NCBI GenBank assembly: GCA_948670295.1
Contig: CAPOAR010000001.1
Location: 16,069 to 80,068 of the forward strand
From: an uncultured Oscillospiraceae bacterium
GTDB taxonomy: Bacteria; Bacillota; Clostridia; Oscillospirales; Oscillospiraceae
DNA length: 64,000 nt
Direction: 5' to 3'
The position numbers were made by a program, and so were the translations under genes. The notes under the pieces were generated by a model. It was not told where the DNA came from. It worked only from the letters and a program-made list of their open reading frames with translations, and did no database searches. Numbering within the stretch: position 1 is the first letter of the stretch; the number at the start of each line of letters is the position of its first letter. Below are positions 55,771 through 64,000 of the stretch, piece by piece.

Positions 55771-55795
55771 GAATACCAATAAGGAGGATCGCAAG

Positions 55796-56257
55796 ATGCA
55801 AAAGAAATACGTCGTGCCCGTGGTAGGGCAAATCTACAAAAACCAAAATGGCCGGGAATATTGCTGCTTGTCCAACGCCGGCTACTCCAGCCAGAGCGAT
55901 ATGCGTGTGGCCGTAGGCCTCGGGGAGCACCAGGCGTCCATGGTCCGCATAAGCGACGGCTGGAGCTTTGTGGCCCACGGCCTCCAGCAGTATGAGGACG
56001 GCACCGTGGAGTGGAACTTTTCCACCGGCGGGGCCTTCCGGGAGGATGATTTGGACAGATGCCGGAAGCTCCTACGGGCAAATGCTCCAGACATGAAGAA
56101 ATATTTTGACTACCTGGATGATCTGCGCGATTCGGGCACAACAAATATGTTTGGCGCTGTGCCCTACCTAAAAAACAAATTTTTTGAACTGTACCTTGAC
56201 GAAGCCCGGGCCCAGGAGGTACTGACAGCCTGGATGGACAGCCGTTCGGGCCGTTAA
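55796..56257 (+). CDS. Hypothetical protein (two small domains)
   Basis: AAGGAGG RBS. GTVEWNFSTGG, then YLDDLRDSGTTNMFGAVPYL. Confidence 0.7.
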   Translation: MQKKYVVPVVGQIYKNQNGREYCCLSNAGYSSQSDMRVAVGLGEHQASMVRISDGWSFVAHGLQQYEDGTVEWNFSTGGAFREDDLDRCRKLLRANAPDMKKYFDYLDDLRDSGTTNMFGAVPYLKNKFFELYLDEARAQEVLTAWMDSRSGR

Positions 56258-56362
56258 GACCATACCGGGTACCAATGGGATATCCCTTCAACTGGATTCT
56301 GCAAAGAATCCAGTTGATATTTTAGCGCAATTATGCTAAAATGAGTGGTGGAGGCGATGACC

Positions 56363-56641
56363 ATGAAACTGATACGGCCTGTGTCCGATCTGCGAAACAA
56401 TTTCGCAGATATCTCCAAGACGGTTCACGAGACAGCCCAGCCTGTGTTTCTGACGAAGAACGGCTATGGCGACATGGTCGTCATGAGCATGGAGGCTTTT
56501 GAATCGCTTCAATTTGAGAGCGAGGTCTACTTCAAGCTCCAGGCAGCGGAGCGCGAGGCCGAGCTGACAGACCAGCGTTACTCCTCAAAAGAAGTCCTGC
56601 AGGCGATGCGAGAGGCCATTGGAGGGGAGCAGGTTGTATAA
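56363..56641 (+). CDS. Phd/YefM-family antitoxin
   Basis: IRPVSDLRNNF...PVFLTKNGYGDMVVMSME. Confidence 0.92.
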   Translation: MKLIRPVSDLRNNFADISKTVHETAQPVFLTKNGYGDMVVMSMEAFESLQFESEVYFKLQAAEREAELTDQRYSSKEVLQAMREAIGGEQVV

Positions 56642-56945
56642 GCTGGAGTACCTGCCTGCTGCCCGCCAAGACATGATGGATATTGTGCGGTATATCAGCC
56701 GGGAGCTTTGTAATCCAACAGCGGCGGAGCGGCTGGCTGTGGAGCTGATTCAGGCGGGGGACAGCATCCTGGGATTTCCGTACGCAAATTCCGCCTACAC
56801 CACCATCAGGCCGCTGAAGCATGAGTATCGGAAGCGGCTGGTGCAGAACTACATCATGTTTTATTGGGTGGACGAAGGCAAAAAATTGGTAACAGTGGCC
56901 CGTGTTGTTTACGCGAAGCGGGAACTTGAACGGCTGCTGGAATGA
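56634..56945 (+). CDS. RelE/ParE-family toxin
   Basis: YKLEYLPAARQD..I..YI...NPTAA...YRK..V.NY..FY...VARVVY. Confidence 0.9.
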   Translation: MYKLEYLPAARQDMMDIVRYISRELCNPTAAERLAVELIQAGDSILGFPYANSAYTTIRPLKHEYRKRLVQNYIMFYWVDEGKKLVTVARVVYAKRELERLLE

Positions 56946-56958
56946 AGAAGCACACAGG

Positions 56959-56997
56959 AAAACAGGGCGGGGCCTCATTGAGACCCCGCCCTGTTTT
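56959..56997. terminator. Bidirectional terminator
   Basis: AAACAGGGCGGGG...CCCCGCCCTGTTT. Confidence 0.8.
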
Positions 56998-57000
56998 GCG

Positions 57001-57183
57001 TTAGATGCGGAAGTTACGGATGCAGTTTACAAGCGTGATGCATAGCTCCTGGTAGAGATCTTCATCGAAAAAACCGTTGCAGATGGATTCCTTCACCAGC
57101 AACGGCCGGTAGCGTGTCAGGATCTCCTCCAATGCCGTTTCGTTGCCAAGCTGGGCTTGGGTCAGAAGTTCTTCAAAATTCAC
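57001..57183 (-). CDS. Small HTH protein (conjugative-transposon, Tn916 Orf8-like)
   Basis: AQLGNETALEEILTRYRPLL...DEDLYQEL. Coupled to the sigma gene. Confidence 0.75.
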   Translation of the reverse strand: MNFEELLTQAQLGNETALEEILTRYRPLLVKESICNGFFDEDLYQELCITLVNCIRNFRI

Positions 57184-57590
57184 TTGACCTCACCTCGCAG
57201 ATTCTTCCGCAGTTTCATTATGGTGCGGTGATAGGCGGAAGCAACCCCGTTGTACCGCAGACCCAGGGCTTCGGCGAGTTCATCGTACCCGCGGTCATTC
57301 AGCACACGCTCAAACAGGATGAACCGCTCCCGGGCTGTCAGGCCAGACAGGGCCTGCAAAAGCGCAATGTCTTCCTGCTGTGAGAGGCCATAGCTATCCC
57401 TGCTGAAGTTGAAAGCAGGGCCGCTCTCAAACTCGGTGTCTTGAAAATCTGTCACGACCTCACGTTTCTTTACCCGAACCTGCTTTTGAATGTAGTTGTA
57501 TTTTTTCCGATTCAAAGCCATTTGAAGATAAGCTGTAAATCGGCTTTGCAGGGCACAGTCCCTGCTTTGATTATCATACTGCTGTCCCAT
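57180..57590 (-). CDS. Sigma-70 region 4 protein (Tn916 Orf7-like)
   Basis: LTARERFILF...YDELAEALGL...YHRTIMKLRK. AGGAGG RBS before ATG 57590. Confidence 0.8.
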   Translation of the reverse strand: MGQQYDNQSRDCALQSRFTAYLQMALNRKKYNYIQKQVRVKKREVVTDFQDTEFESGPAFNFSRDSYGLSQQEDIALLQALSGLTARERFILFERVLNDRGYDELAEALGLRYNGVASAYHRTIMKLRKNLRGEVK

Positions 57591-58171
57591 GGGACAACCT
57601 CCTCGTCTGATTTTTGAGGTCAGACGCGGAGGAGGCCCACGGCACCGGGGAATAATAAAACAGCCGGTCTCGTACCGAAGTACAAGACCGGCTGTTGGTA
57701 GGGCATTGGGAGGTCCGTTAGGGCAAGAGCTTTCAGCGGGCGGAGGGGCGATTTCCTCACATAAGTGTTTTCTCGACCTCATCCGGTGCTGTCGAGCGCA
57801 GCGTCGCAGATCCCTGTAAGCCGTGTGTTTAGGCGCCCGGAAACGGTGGACCGTCTCAATGCGATAGAGAGGGGCTTCTATCACATGGAAACCTTCTTCC
57901 GTTTGCGTTGCCGGCACACAGGCGACAGGACCGCTCCTGTTGTTTGGGCAGAAGCATGGCAGCATGAGCCGCCGCCTTGCCGATCATAACTATTAAAGAA
58001 TTTGTGGTTGTAAATTTGGTTCACAAGATAAAGGAGTGGACGATGTATATTACTGTTTCTGCCACAAAATGCATTATATTGGGAGCCTGTGTAATAAATG
58101 GGTTTAATTGTGGAAAAAGCGGGAGAACGTTCGACTTAATTCAGCAAAAAGTGCCAGGAGTTTATTTCACC

Positions 58172-58210
58172 TTGATTTTTCTATATAAAAACGATATAAT
58201 ACAAATGTTC
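58172..58210 (+). promoter_or_regulatory. Sigma-A promoter with overlapping degenerate LexA (SOS) box
   Basis: TTGATT-17-TATAAT (58172-58200). ATAC-AAAT-GTTC (58199-58210) versus consensus GAAC-N4-GTTC. Confidence 0.55.
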
Positions 58211-58236
58211 TTGTTTGCGTGTGGAGGGGATGGAGC

Positions 58237-59763
58237 GTGAAAAAGCATATTTATCTCGCTGTGGATCTGAAATCGTTTTATGGGAGCGTAGAATGTGTGG
58301 AACGCGGCCTGGATCCACTGACCACCAACCTGGTGGTAGCGGACAAAAGCCGGACGGAAAAAACCATCTGCCTGGCGGTGACCCCCTCCCTGAAAGCCTA
58401 TGGCATATCAGGCCGGGCGCGGTTATTTGAGGTGGTGCAGCGGGTGGCGGAGGTAAACGCCCAGCGGCGGCAGAGGGCCCCGGGGCGGCAGTTCACTGGC
58501 TTCTCCTGGCACGACCCGGACGTGAAAACCCATCCGGAGCTTGCGCTGGACTATCTGGTGGCCCCGCCAAGGATGGCCCATTATATCGAATGGAGCACCA
58601 AAATTTACAACGTCTATCTGAAGTATGTGGCGCCCGAAGATTTGTTCGCGTACTCAATCGACGAGGTGCTGATGGATGTGACCAACTACCTGCCCACCTA
58701 CAAGCTCACCCCCCGGGAGCTGGCCCGGAAGATCGTGCTGGACGTGCTGGACACCACCGGCATCACCGCCACGGCGGGCATCGGCACCAACCTCTATTTG
58801 GCGAAGGTGGCCATGGACATCTGGGCCAAGCATACCAGGCCGGACAAGAGCGGTGTGCGCATCGCCGAGATGGATGAGATGAGCTACCGCCGCCTGCTGT
58901 GGGATCACCGTCCCCTCACCGATTTCTGGAGGGTTGGCCCGGGCTATGCCAAGAAACTGGAGGCCCAGGGCCTTCACACCATGGGGGATATCGCCCGGTG
59001 CTCCATCGGCAGCCCCGCCGACTACTACAACGAGGAGCTTCTCTACAGGCTGTTCGGCGTAAACGCGGAGATTTTGGTAGATCACGCTTGGGGCTATGAG
59101 CCGGTAACAATGGCCAACATCAAGGCGTACAAGCCGGAGGCCAAGAGCGTGGGTTCCGGCCAAGTGCTTACCGCCCCGTACCCCTTCGATAAAGCCCGGA
59201 TGGTGGCCTGGGAGATGGCTGACCAGCTCGCGCTGGATCTTGTGGGCCAGCGGCTGGCCACCAACCAGCTCACCCTCACCGTGGGCTATGACATCGAAAA
59301 TCTCCGGGATTCCCAGCGCCGGAAGCAGTACCACGGCGAGGTCAAGACGGACCGTTACGGGCGGCAGATCCCCAAGCACGCCCATGGCACCGCCAACCTG
59401 GAGGGGTACACCGCCTCCTCCAAGCGCATCACGGCAGCGATCCTGGAGCTGTATGACCGCATTGTGGACAAGAACCTGCTGATCCGGCGGATGTACCTCA
59501 CTGCAAACCGGGTGACGGCTGAAGCTGATGTTCCCGCCGAGCCCGCTATGGAGCAGCTTGACCTGTTCACCGACTATGCCGCCGCCCAGGCCCAAAAGGA
59601 AGCGGAAGCGGCAGAGCTGGTCCGGGAGCGGAAGCTACAGGAGGCCATGCTGGGCATCAAAAACAAGTACGGCAAGAACGCCATTTTGAAAGGCACGAAC
59701 CTGATTGACGGTGCCACCGCTGCCGAGCGGAACAACAAAATTGGCGGACATCGGAAATCCTAA
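58237..59763 (+). CDS. Y-family DNA polymerase (UmuC/ImpB/UvrX-like)
   Basis: VDLKSFYGSVEC, YSIDE, AGIGTNLYLAKVA, DFWRVG and KYGKNAI. Confidence 0.93.
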   Translation: MKKHIYLAVDLKSFYGSVECVERGLDPLTTNLVVADKSRTEKTICLAVTPSLKAYGISGRARLFEVVQRVAEVNAQRRQRAPGRQFTGFSWHDPDVKTHPELALDYLVAPPRMAHYIEWSTKIYNVYLKYVAPEDLFAYSIDEVLMDVTNYLPTYKLTPRELARKIVLDVLDTTGITATAGIGTNLYLAKVAMDIWAKHTRPDKSGVRIAEMDEMSYRRLLWDHRPLTDFWRVGPGYAKKLEAQGLHTMGDIARCSIGSPADYYNEELLYRLFGVNAEILVDHAWGYEPVTMANIKAYKPEAKSVGSGQVLTAPYPFDKARMVAWEMADQLALDLVGQRLATNQLTLTVGYDIENLRDSQRRKQYHGEVKTDRYGRQIPKHAHGTANLEGYTASSKRITAAILELYDRIVDKNLLIRRMYLTANRVTAEADVPAEPAMEQLDLFTDYAAAQAQKEAEAAELVRERKLQEAMLGIKNKYGKNAILKGTNLIDGATAAERNNKIGGHRKS

Positions 59764-59914
59764 TTTTAAGATGATTTTTTGTAAAAGCTCCTATATCTCG
59801 GCATTCTTTGCAGCGGCAACTTAGTTTTTTTGCTCCTTGTCACAGAGGAAGTCCCATGCTATAATTGCTCAAATCGTCACTTACAAAGATTATTTTACCC
59901 AAAGAGGAACAATT

Positions 59915-61366
59915 ATGAAACGCCAGAAAACTCTGATACAATATTTTGAATGGTATCTGCCCGAGGATGCCGCCCATTGGCGGCGCGCTTCGTTGGACGC
60001 GGAACATCTGTCGGCGCTGGGGTACACCGGCGTATGGCTGCCGCCCGCTTATAAAGGTGCCGGCGGTGTGAAGGATGTGGGCTATGGTGTCTACGACCTG
60101 TATGATCTGGGCGAATTCGACCAAAAGAGCTCCATCCCCACAAAATACGGCACGAAGGAGGAATACATATCCGCGGTCCGCGCGCTCCAGGATGCCGGCC
60201 TGGAGGTGTTCGGCGACATGGTGCTTAACCACCGGATGGGCGCGGATCGCCGTGAGCGCGTGATGGCCGAACGGTGCCTGGAGACAGACCGGGACCAGAC
60301 CACCGGCATTGAGGAGCGGATCACGGCCTGGACGAAGTTTACGTTCCCAGGCCGGGGCGGCAAGTATTCCAGCTTTCATTGGAACCACGCCCACTTCAAC
60401 GGGGTGGACTGGGATGACGAGGAAAAAAAGAGCCACATCTGGCTGCTGAACGGCAAGGACTGGGAGGAGGAGGTCGATCAGGAGAACGGGAACTTTGACT
60501 ACCTGATGGGCGCCAATCTGGACATGGCAAACCCGGACGTGATCGCGGAGCTCGACCGCTGGGGGCTGTGGTATCTGGAAACCACCGGCGTGGACGGGTT
60601 CCGTCTGGATGCCGTGAAACACATCCGCTTTACCTTCTTCACCCACTGGCTGGAGGAGCTGCGGCAAAAAACCGGGAAAGAGCTGTGGTCGGTGGGTGAG
60701 TATTGGCAGGCGGATATCCTTGCCTTGACCAATTTTTTGGATCGGAGCGGCAATATTATGTGCCTGTTCGATGTGCCTCTGCACTTCAAGCTGGCCCAGG
60801 CCTCCGAGAGCGCAGGCAATTTCGACATGCGGACCCTGTTCCAGGGGACCTTGGTGGACGCGCGGCCCCAGCGGGCGGTGACGTTCGTGGACAACCACGA
60901 CACACAGATCGGGCAGGCCCTACAGTCATGGGTCAAAGAGTGGTTCAAGCCCTTGGCCTATGCCCTGATTCTTTTGCGGCAGGACGGCACCCCCTGCGTT
61001 TTCTACGGGGACCAGTACGGCATCCCCCACGATAGCATCCAGCCGGTGAAAGGGCTGGATATACTGCTCCGGGCCCGTCAGGAGCGGGCCTGGGGGGAGC
61101 AGACCGACTATTTCGACCATCAAAGCGTGGTGGGCTGGACCCGTTCCGGGGATGAGGAACACCCCGGTTCCGGCCTCGCGGTGCTGCTGAGTGACGGCGA
61201 CGGCGGGGAGAAATGTATGTGCATGGGCGTCCAATTTGCTGAACAGTCTTTCGTGGATCTGCTGGGCAACCAGAAAGGCGAAATTACTTTGGACAAAAGC
61301 GGCTGTGGTATGTTCCGTTGCAGCGGCGGTTCGGTATCCGTATGGGTGCTGAAGGAGACGGTGTAA
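59915..61366 (+). CDS. Cytoplasmic alpha-amylase (GH13_5-like)
   Basis: QYFEWY, VGYGVYDLYDLGEF, DMVLNH, GFRLDAVKH, VGEYW and FVDNHDT. No signal peptide. Confidence 0.95.
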   Translation: MKRQKTLIQYFEWYLPEDAAHWRRASLDAEHLSALGYTGVWLPPAYKGAGGVKDVGYGVYDLYDLGEFDQKSSIPTKYGTKEEYISAVRALQDAGLEVFGDMVLNHRMGADRRERVMAERCLETDRDQTTGIEERITAWTKFTFPGRGGKYSSFHWNHAHFNGVDWDDEEKKSHIWLLNGKDWEEEVDQENGNFDYLMGANLDMANPDVIAELDRWGLWYLETTGVDGFRLDAVKHIRFTFFTHWLEELRQKTGKELWSVGEYWQADILALTNFLDRSGNIMCLFDVPLHFKLAQASESAGNFDMRTLFQGTLVDARPQRAVTFVDNHDTQIGQALQSWVKEWFKPLAYALILLRQDGTPCVFYGDQYGIPHDSIQPVKGLDILLRARQERAWGEQTDYFDHQSVVGWTRSGDEEHPGSGLAVLLSDGDGGEKCMCMGVQFAEQSFVDLLGNQKGEITLDKSGCGMFRCSGGSVSVWVLKETV

Positions 61367-61414
61367 AAATACGCTGTCTGGCTTCTTTTGCCGAATGGGG
61401 AGGGGTTCACGAGT

Positions 61415-61831
61415 ATGAGCGGCACGTATGACGACATCATCAACCTGCCGCACCCCACCTCCACCAGGCACCCCCGTATGCCGATAGCTGACCGGGCGGC
61501 TATCTTTTCTCCGTTCGCAGCCCTTGTCGGCCATGGGGCCGCTATTGAGGAGACGGCCCGACTCACTGACCAAAGGATCGAATTGACCGAGGAGGAAAAG
61601 GCACTTCTGGATGAAAAACTCCGCCTGCTGCTGGAGACAGGCGGAGTGGGTGTGTTCACATGGTTCCTGCCCGACGAACGGAAGGACGGCGGGGCCTATA
61701 TCACCGCTGTGGGGACGGTCAAGAAAATCGACCCGTTGGAGGGCCGGGTCATTCTCACAGACCGGACGGCCATTCCCATTGAGGATATTCTGGAGATCGA
61801 AGTCCAGGCGCTGCCGGGGCAGGCCTTGTAA
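61415..61831 (+). CDS. YolD-like protein (Y-polymerase partner)
   Basis: YDDIINLPHPTS..HPRM...RAAIFSPFAALVG...GTVKKID. Confidence 0.85.
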   Translation: MSGTYDDIINLPHPTSTRHPRMPIADRAAIFSPFAALVGHGAAIEETARLTDQRIELTEEEKALLDEKLRLLLETGGVGVFTWFLPDERKDGGAYITAVGTVKKIDPLEGRVILTDRTAIPIEDILEIEVQALPGQAL

Positions 61832-61915
61832 GTTTTGCTGCCTTCCGCTATAATGAAGCGGCTGCTTTGATTGCGCGGCACCCGCGCAAAATCCATTTGA
61901 AACTGCGAGGTTACC

Positions 61916-63064
61916 ATGAATCAGAAAGAGATCAGTGAGCTGAAACGCCGCTTCAAGCTGGGCAAGAACGCCATCAGCCACATCTGCGGCTGTTATGTGA
62001 ACAGCCAAAAGGAGATCGTCTCCTACCTGAACGAGCCCCTGGACCGGATGCCCGAGGAGGAGGCGGAGAAATACTTAGCCCTGCTGAAAAAAGCCCTGTC
62101 CGGCGCCCTGGGCCGGAACCTCATTGACATCGTGTTCTCCACCCAGCAGGTGGCAGACAGCGACGAACACCGCCGCCTCATGGCCCTGCGGGATTCCAGG
62201 CTCAAGGACGGCGAGGTTCGGCAGGAGTTCTATCAGGCGGTCATCGACAGCCTGGACATGGGGGAGAGCAATTACCTCATCCTGCTGGCCCACGACGCCT
62301 ATGATGTGCCCCATCGCGGCAAAGACGATGAAATGCAGGCAGATGCGGGCGATACTGTGTTCTCCTATATCGTGTGCTGCATCTGCCCGGTAAAGGACGG
62401 TAAACTGGAACTGGGTTACTGCCCCGGGGAAAATGAGTTTCACAACTGCGCCGCCAGCCAGATCGTCTCCCCGCCGGAGCTTGGCTTCCTGTTTCCGGCC
62501 TTTGACGACAGGGCGGCGAATATTTACAACGCCCTCGCCTATGCCCGGAAGCCGGATGAGCTCCACCAGGAGTTCCTGGACGCCATTTTCCGTACTGAGC
62601 CTCCCATGTCCGCTGGGGAGCAGCGGGAGGCATTCCAGACAGCCCTGCGGGATGGGCTGGAGGGGGCCTGCGGCCTGGAGGTGGTGCAGGCTGTCCATGA
62701 ACGTCTGACTGCCAAAATTGAGGAGCATCGGGAGGCCAAAGACCCGGAACCCCTGTCCGTCACCGCAAAGGACATATCTGCCATTCTGCGGGACAGCGGC
62801 GCAGAGGATGGGCAAATTGCTGCCTTCTGCGAAAAGTGCGGGGAGCTGTTCGGTGAGGATGCGGCCCTCAGCCCCGTCAATCTCATTGACAGCAAACGGT
62901 TTGAGGTGAAAACGGCGGACGCCTCCATCTCCATCGACCCGGAACACAGCTACCTGGTGGAGACCCGTGTGATTGACGGCAAGAAGTACCTACTCATCCC
63001 CGCCGGAGAGGGGCTGGAGGTCAATGGGATGCCGGTGGACTGGGTTGACACAGAACATGAATAA
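61916..63064 (+). CDS. DUF4317-like protein
   Basis: MNQKEISELKRRF...GCYV...PELGFLFPAFDDR...IDGKKYLLI...VNG. Confidence 0.8.
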   Translation: MNQKEISELKRRFKLGKNAISHICGCYVNSQKEIVSYLNEPLDRMPEEEAEKYLALLKKALSGALGRNLIDIVFSTQQVADSDEHRRLMALRDSRLKDGEVRQEFYQAVIDSLDMGESNYLILLAHDAYDVPHRGKDDEMQADAGDTVFSYIVCCICPVKDGKLELGYCPGENEFHNCAASQIVSPPELGFLFPAFDDRAANIYNALAYARKPDELHQEFLDAIFRTEPPMSAGEQREAFQTALRDGLEGACGLEVVQAVHERLTAKIEEHREAKDPEPLSVTAKDISAILRDSGAEDGQIAAFCEKCGELFGEDAALSPVNLIDSKRFEVKTADASISIDPEHSYLVETRVIDGKKYLLIPAGEGLEVNGMPVDWVDTEHE

Positions 63065-63153
63065 ATCCGCATAGCAGCTTGATTTTTTGGTTATCACCAT
63101 ATATAATGCAGAGGATATTTGACCCGGAAAAATACGAAACAGGAGTGATAACC

Positions 63154-63483
63154 ATGGCCGAGGAAAAGAAGGTCGGCGAGGCCGCTGAGAAGCCCCCCAA
63201 AAAGCGGGGCGGCAGGAAGCCCATGACGGCGGAGGAAAAGGCTGCGGCGGCCAAGGCCCGCGCTGAGAGTAAGGCCAAGGCGGACGGCCTCAAGCCCACC
63301 GTCATCGTGCAGTTCCAGGGCGCCGAGGTCGATCTGGACACGCTGGTGGAGGCGGCTAAGGCCGACTTCCGGCAGGCGAAAAAGCGCACCCCCATCACCG
63401 ATTTGAAGCTGTATGTCAAACCGGAGGAGCGCACGGCCTACTATATGGTGAACGAGAAGCACAATGGAAGCGTGTCCTATTAA
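63154..63483 (+). CDS. Small basic protein (DUF6465-like)
   Basis: K/A-rich N-terminus and LYVKPEE..AYY.VN. Confidence 0.75.
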   Translation: MAEEKKVGEAAEKPPKKRGGRKPMTAEEKAAAAKARAESKAKADGLKPTVIVQFQGAEVDLDTLVEAAKADFRQAKKRTPITDLKLYVKPEERTAYYMVNEKHNGSVSY

Positions 63484-63511
63484 CGATTCTTCTTTCACAG
63501 GCTATCAAAAT

Positions 63512-63553
63512 AAAAAGCAAGGGAGGCGCTGACATAGCGTCTCCCTTGCTTTT
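63512..63553. terminator. Bidirectional terminator
   Basis: AAAAAGCAAGGGAGGCGCT...AGCGTCTCCCTTGCTTTTT. Confidence 0.85.
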
Positions 63554-64000
63554 TATTCGGGTGGGATAAACCGATAACCCACAGCCCAAACAGTTTCAAT
63601 GATATCACATTCTAACATAGCAAATTTTTTGCGCAGTGACTTGATATGGGACTTCACCCGCTCATCGCCACCCAGTTCATAGCAGCCATCCCAAACATGA
63701 TCACAGAGCTCCCTCCGGCTAAATACTTGCCCGGGGTGTCTGGCCATAAAGTACAGTAAATCAAACTCTATCCGTGTCAATTCTACGGAGACTCCCTGCG
63801 CCACAACTTGCCGGTAGCGCGGAGTAATTACCAACGAAGTACCAAAAACGATGGGGATAGCCTGTTCTACTACATCATCATATTCGAGATATAGCTCAAT
63901 CAATGCATTTGCCTGCGCTATACAGAGATCCACGTCAACAGGTTTTTCAAGAAAGGCATCCACTCCGGCATGGAGGAGATTGGTTTTCTCCTCTGTGGTC
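63553..64000 (-). CDS. OmpR-family response regulator, 5' end outside the window
   Basis: Frame is open to the edge (EEKTNLLHAGVDAFLEKP). LTRIEFDLL...HIKSLRKK...IETVWAVGYRF. Confidence 0.88.
   Translation of the reverse strand, partial: TTEEKTNLLHAGVDAFLEKPVDVDLCIAQANALIELYLEYDDVVEQAIPIVFGTSLVITPRYRQVVAQGVSVELTRIEFDLLYFMARHPGQVFSRRELCDHVWDGCYELGGDERVKSHIKSLRKKFAMLECDIIETVWAVGYRFIPPE

Larger units (their letters stand above)
3389..64000. mobile_element. Integrative conjugative element (continues beyond the right edge)
   Basis: att core, VirB4, VirD4, VirB6-like, cell-wall peptidases, adhesin/sortase, SSB, TA systems and Y-family polymerase. No host housekeeping genes. Confidence 0.9.

Noticed and set aside
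37158..56257. Prophage
   Set aside because: Phage-like accessory genes are present, but no terminase, capsid, tail or lysis genes. The context is an ICE.
58124..58133. GAACGTTCG as a LexA box
   Set aside because: Lacks the 4-nt spacer of GAAC-N4-GTTC.
58237..59763. DNA methylase call
   Set aside because: Motifs are those of a Y-family polymerase (DxxSFY, SIDE). No methyltransferase motifs.

Overview
The window looks like Firmicutes (Clostridia/Oscillospiraceae-like) DNA and is almost entirely integrative conjugative element (ICE) sequence. Bases 1-119 end an SDR oxidoreductase gene (UxuB-like). Bases 169-3234 hold a response regulator, a sigma-like regulator, an excisionase and a tyrosine integrase. 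A 23-bp tRNA 3'-end core follows (3389-3411), with integrase arm-type repeats on BOTH sides, so it is an attP-like junction inside the element. To its right are an IS5-family element and an HTH/replication-like gene with a radical SAM gene. Next is a Gram-positive T4SS region: VirB2-like, split VirB6-like, PrgI-VirB4 fusion, a candidate non-canonical relaxase, VirD4, an S1-domain protein, a sortase, a CHAP-like protein, a 2422-aa thioester/SpaA adhesin, an HD-GYP protein and a C39-like peptidase. Cargo genes include a GNAT, two alpha/beta hydrolases with TetR, and an alpha-amylase. The long leading-region-like block has SSB, DUF932, sigma factors, many hypotheticals, three type II toxin-antitoxin pairs, a Y-family polymerase with a YolD-like partner and DUF4317. 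A second response regulator runs off the right edge. The most novel-looking signals are: (i) a secreted-type sortase next to a giant thioester adhesin whose LPKTG is the very C-terminus, with no membrane anchor; (ii) the internal attP-like junction; (iii) a helically phased TACG array and a candidate relaxase where no canonical relaxase is recognisable; (iv) tandem NrdR-like boxes and a switch-like leader upstream of ssb. All family assignments come from motif recognition by eye; no database searches were run.
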